A stretch of 25,448 nt of DNA, from assembly GCA_040900505.1 (NCBI GenBank), contig JBBDYY010000021.1, forward strand, positions 1 through 25,448. The letters run 5' to 3'. Made by a program: the position numbers and the translations under genes. Every line of letters starts with the position of its first letter. Position 1 is the stretch's first letter. The notes beneath the pieces are model-generated. The model was given only the letters and a program-made list of their open reading frames with translations, ran no database searches and had not been told where the DNA came from. The DNA is from Parcubacteria group bacterium (GTDB taxonomy: Bacteria; Patescibacteriota; Minisyncoccia; Phycocordibacterales; Zambryskibacteraceae). Of the stretch, positions 15,973 to 21,283 are shown one piece after another.

Positions 15973-16563
15973 TTACTTCGTCGCTCTTCTCAGGTCAGGG
16001 GTGATGTGCAAACCCTCCCATGAAAAGAAAATCGTGCTGTGCGGAACCTTGTCCACGTGACGTAGGAGGATGAGGGACAGGGAGCCATCCGAATCCGGAT
16101 TCTCCCAGGCGTGGGCGTGCTTCCACGTTCCCTGGTGAAGCGAACTCAGGGCCGTCCTGACTTCCCCGGGCAACTGTAGGCCACTTTCTTCCCGTACATA
16201 CGTGAGAGTAATCTCCATTCCTGCATCCTGCCAAGGGCGACGATACAAATCGTAGAGATTGAAACGAATCTTTCCCAACGAACTGTGTATGCCCCCCAAG
16301 GCGACTCGTCTTTCATTCGCCATCACCTGAATACCGTTTCCTCCGGCGCCGTAGCCCTGGGGCTTGAGACTTTCGTCCAAAGCATAGAGAGCTCGGAGAA
16401 AGCTGGGAACACTATCCAGATAGAACTTGAGAATGAATGCGTCCCGACGTCGTAGCGTAGAGATCTTTTGACGACTCGGATCCCTTTCCTGGGTATGTGC
16501 TTCGGGGTCGAAACTCCTTCTCTGCGTGGCTATCTGCACTCTTCCTCCCGAGCTTTCGCTCAA
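15973..16563 (-). CDS. Hypothetical protein (orphan); start uncertain (TTG)
   Basis: 196-aa ORF bounded by its own promoter and terminator. No family recognised. Confidence 0.6.
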   Translation of the reverse strand: MSESSGGRVQIATQRRSFDPEAHTQERDPSRQKISTLRRRDAFILKFYLDSVPSFLRALYALDESLKPQGYGAGGNGIQVMANERRVALGGIHSSLGKIRFNLYDLYRRPWQDAGMEITLTYVREESGLQLPGEVRTALSSLHQGTWKHAHAWENPDSDGSLSLILLRHVDKVPHSTIFFSWEGLHITPDLRRATK

Positions 16564-16590
16564 ACTTGTGAATAGAACTTATCCTTCGCT

Positions 16591-16619
16591 AAGATAGCAT
16601 TAAATTTGAGCTAAGTCAA
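16591..16619 (-). promoter_or_regulatory. Sigma70 promoter of the orphan gene
   Basis: TTGACT (16614-16619), N17, TGc-TATCTT (16591-16596). Confidence 0.65.
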
Positions 16620-16622
16620 GTA

Positions 16623-16652
16623 CAAAAAAGGGCCCAATTGGGCCCTTTTTTG
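16623..16652. terminator. Bidirectional terminator
   Basis: Perfect 30-bp palindrome CAAAAAAGGGCCCAATTGGGCCCTTTTTTG. Confidence 0.85.
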
Positions 16653-16683
16653 ATTCTCGGTATTATCTAGCTAAATACGAGAA

Positions 16684-17373
16684 TTAGTGCTTGCCACTCA
16701 TCTCACCGCGAAGTCGCTCAATGAAGCGAGCCGCTGCCTCCTGACCACCAAGGCCGAAGGAAAGTCCGAGTGCTAAAGCTACTGCAATCACAATGCCAGT
16801 AAAGAGTGTCTGGCTAAATGCGGCTGCGATGCCTAGCTGGGAAAGCGCAACAAGAATAGCGAATATCCAGATAGCCCATTTGGTAAGGCTTCCTGCGAAG
16901 TGCGCAGAGCGGAGATCCGCCGTGCGAGCTGCAGTTACCACTACTCTCTCCGCAACATCAGCAAGAACACCAGCTACCAAGATCACGAGTGCTGCTACGA
17001 GTACTCGAGGAAGGTAAGCTATAACTACCTGCTGGAGGAAGATATTAACCTGTGTTAAGCCGAGAACATCGAAGGCTGCCACAAGGAAGACAACGATGAT
17101 AAACCACTTAACCAATCCGCCTATAAATGCTCCTGAGTCGAGTTGAATGCCACCTCGGCGAAGGAATCCTTCGAAACCTGCGCGTCGGAGAGCTTCATCA
17201 ACCTTAAGAGAGCGGAACACTTGCCATATAGCACGTCCTACTAATGAGGCAATGAGCCATCCAAGGATTAGGATGACAATCGCAATGACAAGATTCGGAA
17301 CGAAATTCACTATCCCTAACCAGAGATTCTGGAAGGAAAGAGTTAGAACTTCTGTCCAGTTATTGAGAATCAT
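16684..17373 (-). CDS. Conserved TM-helix repeat protein (CmpX / MscS N-terminal-like)
   Basis: Two repeats of the FxPNLxxAxxILxxGWxxA / YLPRVLVAALVIL pattern, and C-terminal ALGLSFGLGGQEAAARF. Confidence 0.8.
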   Translation of the reverse strand: MILNNWTEVLTLSFQNLWLGIVNFVPNLVIAIVILILGWLIASLVGRAIWQVFRSLKVDEALRRAGFEGFLRRGGIQLDSGAFIGGLVKWFIIVVFLVAAFDVLGLTQVNIFLQQVVIAYLPRVLVAALVILVAGVLADVAERVVVTAARTADLRSAHFAGSLTKWAIWIFAILVALSQLGIAAAFSQTLFTGIVIAVALALGLSFGLGGQEAAARFIERLRGEMSGKH

Positions 17374-17502
17374 ATATTCTTAACGGAATATTGTGCCTGA
17401 GGCACTTACTTTTAATTACCACTCTAAAAGGGGTATGTACCTATTATACGCCTTAAATTAAAGAAAAAACAAATGCTGTGGATAGATGGGCCTAGGAAAC
17501 GG

Positions 17503-18114
17503 CTATATTCCTAGCTTATTTAGAACGGTCTTGTGTGGGTAGTCTAGAATATCGCGTACAAGCTTGTCATAGGCGCCTAATCTATAGTTGAAATCAGGTG
17601 TTTCGAAGGAGGCGTAGCGTATTTCCTTGCCTATCTTCGCCTCGATGTTAGATATGGTAGAGACTAAGTTGGCCTTCTTTATCCTGTCTCCTACAACCAA
17701 AAGATCCACTCTAGAATCCGGGTCGTGTAAGAAGAAACCAGATAGAATAATAAGCTTCATGTTGCCAGCGCGTGAAATGCGCTTTGCAATATCTTTCTCC
17801 GTAAGAGGTCGAGCATCAATAAGAAAATTTGAAAGGGGTTCTATGTATGAATACTCGGGGTCTAAAGTAAAACCGCGAACTTGCATAACCTTAGGTTTGC
17901 CCCGCTTGCGCTTAACCACGAAGCGGACTCTACCCTTCCTGCAAACAAGACCTGCCTTCATAAGAATACCTACTTCTTTCTTGACCGTTCTGGGCTTCTC
18001 CTTAACCCGTATAGCTATTTCCTCTAGAGAAAAGACTTGATTGGGGTTAAATACGAAGAGGCGCATGATCTTGACCTTGGCCTCTCCGCCGAATATATGG
18101 CCCACTGATTTCAT
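17503..18114 (-). CDS. Winged-HTH protein fused to a degenerate Pol-beta-like nucleotidyltransferase-fold domain
   Basis: N-terminal KIMRLFVFNPNQVFSLEEIA...KKEVGILMKAGLV (wHTH). C-terminal IILSGFF...DSRVDLLVVGD (MNT-like). Confidence 0.7.
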   Translation of the reverse strand: MKSVGHIFGGEAKVKIMRLFVFNPNQVFSLEEIAIRVKEKPRTVKKEVGILMKAGLVCRKGRVRFVVKRKRGKPKVMQVRGFTLDPEYSYIEPLSNFLIDARPLTEKDIAKRISRAGNMKLIILSGFFLHDPDSRVDLLVVGDRIKKANLVSTISNIEAKIGKEIRYASFETPDFNYRLGAYDKLVRDILDYPHKTVLNKLGI

Positions 18115-18175
18115 AACGGCATTCTACACCAATATACCCCAAGCGCCACTAGTGACTAGAAAGGGCTGGTAGCAA

Positions 18176-18276
18176 AAAACCAGTGGATTTATCGTGCGTC
18201 TCGGAGCGCGACGGCGCGAGAGTCAGGAAGATTTCTAGTAAGAAATACTTCCGTGCACAGGAAATCCACTGGTTTT
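18176..18276. repeat. 15-bp inverted repeat enclosing a 71-nt structured insert (terminator-like stem with an element in its loop)
   Basis: AAAACCAGTGGATTT (18176-18190) pairs with AAATCCACTGGTTTT (18262-18276). Inner hairpins GGAAG-ATTTCT/AGAAAT-A-CTTCC and TCTCG/CGAGA. Confidence 0.7.
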
Positions 18277-18280
18277 GAGC

Positions 18281-18440
18281 TTATTTGAGGGTAACTTTCC
18301 CACCAGCCGTCGTCGCAAGCTCCTCCTTAAGAACCCTCGGTTCTCAACGAAAAACACTCTTCCGAGTGTTTTTCTGCTTTCCTCCGCGGGAGACCAGATG
18401 TTCTCCCGACCCCTCTCCAAGCCGGCGAGTAACTCTGAAG
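18281..18440 (-). mobile_element. Structured mini-element, copy B: inverted rplL 3'-end copy + conserved core + recoded direct copy of rplL 3' end
   Basis: 18419-18440 is an inverted copy of 18445-18470. Core 18320-18418 is homologous to 122-203. 18281-18307 encodes AGGKVTLK* in synonymous codons. Mobility is inferred. Confidence 0.65.
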
Positions 18441-18441
18441 A

Positions 18442-18852
18442 TTACTTCAAAGTTACTTTACCGCCGGCTTCCTCGATTCTCTTCTTCAATTCCTCTGCTT
18501 CCTCCTTCTTCATGCCTGCTTTAAGCATGCTGGGAGCTGCATCAACAAGATCCTTTGCTTCCTTAAGACCGAGGGCAAGAACCTCTTTCACTACCTTGAT
18601 GACTGCAATCTTATTTGCACCACCGTCAGTGAGTTCTACATCTGCTGTAGCCTTTTCCTCAGCTGCTTCACCTGCTGCTGCGGGACCGGCTGCTGCGACT
18701 GCTGTAGCTGATACTCCGAACTTGTTTTCAAACACCTTTACAAGCTCGTTAAGATCCAAGACTGACATCTTCTCTATCTCAGCTACAATCTTTTCAAACT
18801 TTGCAGGAACTGCAGTTTCTGCAGCTTCTACGTTTGTTGTTTCGTCTGCCAT
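18442..18852 (-). CDS. rplL: 50S ribosomal protein bL12 (L7/L12)
   Basis: [21 protein letters not shown]...[22 protein letters not shown]...AGGKVTLK. Confidence 0.98.
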   Translation of the reverse strand: MADETTNVEAAETAVPAKFEKIVAEIEKMSVLDLNELVKVFENKFGVSATAVAAAGPAAAGEAAEEKATADVELTDGGANKIAVIKVVKEVLALGLKEAKDLVDAAPSMLKAGMKKEEAEELKKRIEEAGGKVTLK

Positions 18853-18857
18853 GTTAA

Positions 18858-19349
18858 TTAATTAGTTTTAGTTTTAGCAACTTCACTGAGCGCAATTGCC
18901 ATACGCTGTATCGGAGAATTAATGATGTTTACAAACATACCACGAAGAACTTCAAGTGAAGGGATCATTGCGATCTCCTCCATCTCGCTTTTCGACATGT
19001 ACTTGCCTTCGAAGACTCCTCCGAGGATCTTGATCCCTTCAGGAAACTTCTTCTGGAAGCTGTAAACTCCGCGAGCAGGTGCCACTAAATTGTCTCCCCA
19101 GGCCATAGCAAGCTCGCCATCAAGTGATGGGCGCTCGCCTTCAAACTTCTCTGTATCAAGAACTCTCTTGGTTAGAGTCTTCTTAGTAACTGCATAAGAA
19201 ACTCCTTCGCTCTTAAGAGCGCGGCGGAGTTCCGTAGCGTCAGAGACCTTGAGACCATGAAAGTTCACGAAGACGAGAGCCTTGGCGCCCTTAAGAGCCT
19301 TTGTAAGCTTGTCTACTATTTCTCCTTTCTTGGCTTTAGATATTGCCAT
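18858..19349 (-). CDS. rplJ: 50S ribosomal protein uL10
   Basis: [12 protein letters not shown]...[19 protein letters not shown]...VTKKTL...ILGGVFEG...IPS. Start reassigned to the ATG at 19349. Confidence 0.96.
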   Translation of the reverse strand: MAISKAKKGEIVDKLTKALKGAKALVFVNFHGLKVSDATELRRALKSEGVSYAVTKKTLTKRVLDTEKFEGERPSLDGELAMAWGDNLVAPARGVYSFQKKFPEGIKILGGVFEGKYMSKSEMEEIAMIPSLEVLRGMFVNIINSPIQRMAIALSEVAKTKTN

Positions 19350-19386
19350 TTCTTTTAATGTTAGACACAAATAAATCGACCTTACA

Positions 19387-19527
19387 TAAGGCCTCGACTA
19401 ACGACATATGTGTTAGAGAGTTGATCTCGGAAGGATCCTTGCGGATATTAAATCTTTCGATTCCTTTCCCGACGTTCGTCGGGACCCCGATCTCCCATTA
19501 GGAGCGTCGGGGCTGTCTTTGACCTTA
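19387..19527 (-). promoter_or_regulatory. L10 leader (rplJ autoregulatory RNA) carrying inserted hairpins
   Basis: TAAGGTC-AAAGACAG...AAGG...TTAATA...CCTTCCGAG...GGCCTTA fits the recalled AAGAC.GYAGG...UUAA...CCURCCGAGG L10-leader pattern once 19467-19512 and 19393-19425 are removed. Confidence 0.65.
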
Positions 19528-19535
19528 CGAGAACC

Positions 19536-19564
19536 ACTTTACCCCCACACCTATTCATTTGCAA
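19536..19564 (-). promoter_or_regulatory. Sigma70 promoter of rplJL
   Basis: TTGCAA (19559-19564), N17, TAAAGT (19536-19541). Predicted TSS falls at the 5' end of the L10 leader. Confidence 0.65.
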
Positions 19565-19590
19565 TAGGTGTGGGGGTTTACACGAAACAT

Positions 19591-19628
19591 AAAAAAAGAA
19601 AAGCCCGCTCTTACTGGGCCTTTCTTTT
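19591..19628 (-). terminator. Intrinsic terminator upstream of the rplJ promoter
   Basis: Minus strand AAAAGAAAGGCCC-N9-GGGCTTTTCTTTT followed by TTT. Confidence 0.7.
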
Positions 19629-19801
19629 ACTTCCCATCCCAACCTCCCTCCTTCGGACAATAAATTCACCACAATATATTGGTATAGATTGTTGTAGCGA
19701 TATATCGAGATGTAATAATTAAACCAAGATAATTAAGGGGGTTAAAAAATTACAAAAAAAGTTTCTTCGGTCTGACTGCAATAGCTTTACCTACATTGTA
19801 T

Positions 19802-19836
19802 AAAAACAAAAATCCCTAAAAGGGATTTTTGTTTTT
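19802..19836. terminator. Bidirectional terminator after the DUF2283 gene
   Basis: 16-bp perfect stem AAAAACAAAAATCCCT/AGGGATTTTTGTTTTT with a 3-nt loop. Confidence 0.85.
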
Positions 19837-19854
19837 CTTTTAAAATTTTAGGTA

Positions 19855-20088
19855 TTAAGCCGCGACTGGAGTTGAAGAAACGATGTTAATTGGCACTCCT
19901 TGTTTAATATTTTTTTCCAAGTCTTGACCCTGTTTTGATGATGCATCCAGTAATTCCATTCCAACAACATCTCCAGATACTGAAAGGTCAACGATGAGTC
20001 TATCATCTACTTTTACCGACTTAGCAACTTTTTCACTTTTTACAGTGAAATAAATTGCATCTGCTACTCGATCGTAATCTATTTTCAT
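19855..20088 (-). CDS. DUF2283-family protein (predicted antitoxin)
   Basis: MKIDYDRVADAIYF...VKVDDRLIVDL..SGDVVGMELLDAS matches the DUF2283 pattern. Confidence 0.88.
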   Translation of the reverse strand: MKIDYDRVADAIYFTVKSEKVAKSVKVDDRLIVDLSVSGDVVGMELLDASSKQGQDLEKNIKQGVPINIVSSTPVAA

Positions 20089-20091
20089 GTT

Positions 20092-20322
20092 TTACAAATA
20101 ATAGGCGGTAATAATTAGGTACTCTTCTTTCCGACCTATGGTTCTCTCTGTACAGTATACCACTTCAATTTCTTTCATCCCAATCTGCTTTCTTGCCTTT
20201 AGAACACCTTCATGTGCATCCTCCAAACTATCAGGATCACGCATCGCTTGCTTCACATGGTCCAGTTCTATGGACCTATGTTGCATCATATCTTGAAAAT
20301 GCCTAGTGAGCTTGAGATTCAT
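20092..20322 (-). CDS. DUF4258-family protein (predicted RelE/BrnT-like toxin)
   Basis: LTRHFQDMMQHRSIE..VKQAMRDPD...IEVVY...IITAYY; 3 bp upstream of the DUF2283 gene. Confidence 0.8.
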   Translation of the reverse strand: MNLKLTRHFQDMMQHRSIELDHVKQAMRDPDSLEDAHEGVLKARKQIGMKEIEVVYCTERTIGRKEEYLIITAYYL

Positions 20323-20392
20323 ACATTACTGATAATACCAGCAATGTCAATTCTTTAAAACGAACGGTACTGAACATCCTTTCCTGCAATCG

Positions 20393-21232
20393 CTATTTCT
20401 TCCCTACCTTTCTCCTTCGGACTACAAATTTGTTTGAATACTTCTTGGCTCGGCGAGACTTCTGACCCTTGCCGGTAGGCTTACCGTACACTGAGATAGC
20501 TCGACGGCGACCTCTACCCTGCCTACCTTCTCCTCCTCCGTGTGGGTGATCAACCGGGTTCATGGCGGTACCACGAACTGTAGGGCGGATGCCGAGCCAT
20601 CGTGAGCGACCGGCTTTGCCTAGATTCACTAGTCTGTTTTCATTGTTAGATGCTTCTCCGACAGTTGCCCATGCATTCTCGGGAACCTTGCGCACTTCGC
20701 TTGAAGGCATCTTAAGGTCTACATATCCTCCGTCCTTAGCCACTACTTCCACGTAATTTCCTCCAGAGCGTGCCATCTTAGCACCACCCTTACTCTTAAC
20801 CTCTACGTTATATACAAATGTTCCTACGGTAATATTTTTTAGTGGCAGTCTGTTACCTACAGTTATGGGCGCGTTTTCAGAAACAATATATTTGTCCCCG
20901 ACCTTTGCATCCTTAGGAAGCAATATATATCTGCGTGCACCATCCTTGTAGGTTACAAGCCCGATGAAGCCAGAGCGATTTGGATCATATTCCACAGTCT
21001 TCACTGTCATAGGGATGTCCTTCTTCTCAAATGTAAAGTCGATGTCGCGGAAGAGTCTCTTGTGACCGCCTCCCTTGTGACGCGTAGTCACCTTGCCGGA
21101 GTTATTGCGCCCCTTTGCGCGTCGAAAACCTTTAGTCAAAGATTTTACCGGCTCACTTGAAGTAATTACATTTCTGTAATTAATGCCGGTCATGTTTCGG
21201 CGGGACTTGGTTGTAGGTTTGTATCTTTTCAT
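20393..21232 (-). CDS. rplB: 50S ribosomal protein uL2
   Basis: YKPTTKSRR...GRNNSGKVTTRHKGGGHK...EYDPNRS...RPTVRGTAMNPVDHPHGGGEG. Confidence 0.99.
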   Translation of the reverse strand: MKRYKPTTKSRRNMTGINYRNVITSSEPVKSLTKGFRRAKGRNNSGKVTTRHKGGGHKRLFRDIDFTFEKKDIPMTVKTVEYDPNRSGFIGLVTYKDGARRYILLPKDAKVGDKYIVSENAPITVGNRLPLKNITVGTFVYNVEVKSKGGAKMARSGGNYVEVVAKDGGYVDLKMPSSEVRKVPENAWATVGEASNNENRLVNLGKAGRSRWLGIRPTVRGTAMNPVDHPHGGGEGRQGRGRRRAISVYGKPTGKGQKSRRAKKYSNKFVVRRRKVGKK

Positions 21233-21283
21233 TTTACTTGTAGTGATTTATCCTGAGTTTATCGAAGGAGCGCAGTCGAACTA
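21233..21283 (-). repeat. Nested REP-like spacer (TAGTTCGACTGCGCT-CCTTCGATAAACTCAGGA-TAAATCACTACAAGT)
   Basis: Fills the rplW-rplB spacer and begins with the rplW stop codon. Confidence 0.6.

Noticed and set aside
18235-18420. 61-aa ORF downstream of rplL
   Set aside because: It runs through the structured repeat core, in a different frame from the recoded AGGKVTLK*. It has no SD and no protein-like features.
19448-19672. 74-aa ORF upstream of rplJ
   Set aside because: It crosses a terminator, the rplJ promoter and the L10 leader, so it is likely spurious.
346-19690. Recurrent TATATTG-N3-TAGAWT / GGGGTATATTGG motif (346, 3508, 18121, 19675)
   Set aside because: It is AT-rich and overlaps ordinary -10 elements. 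It cannot be separated from promoter background without genome-wide statistics.
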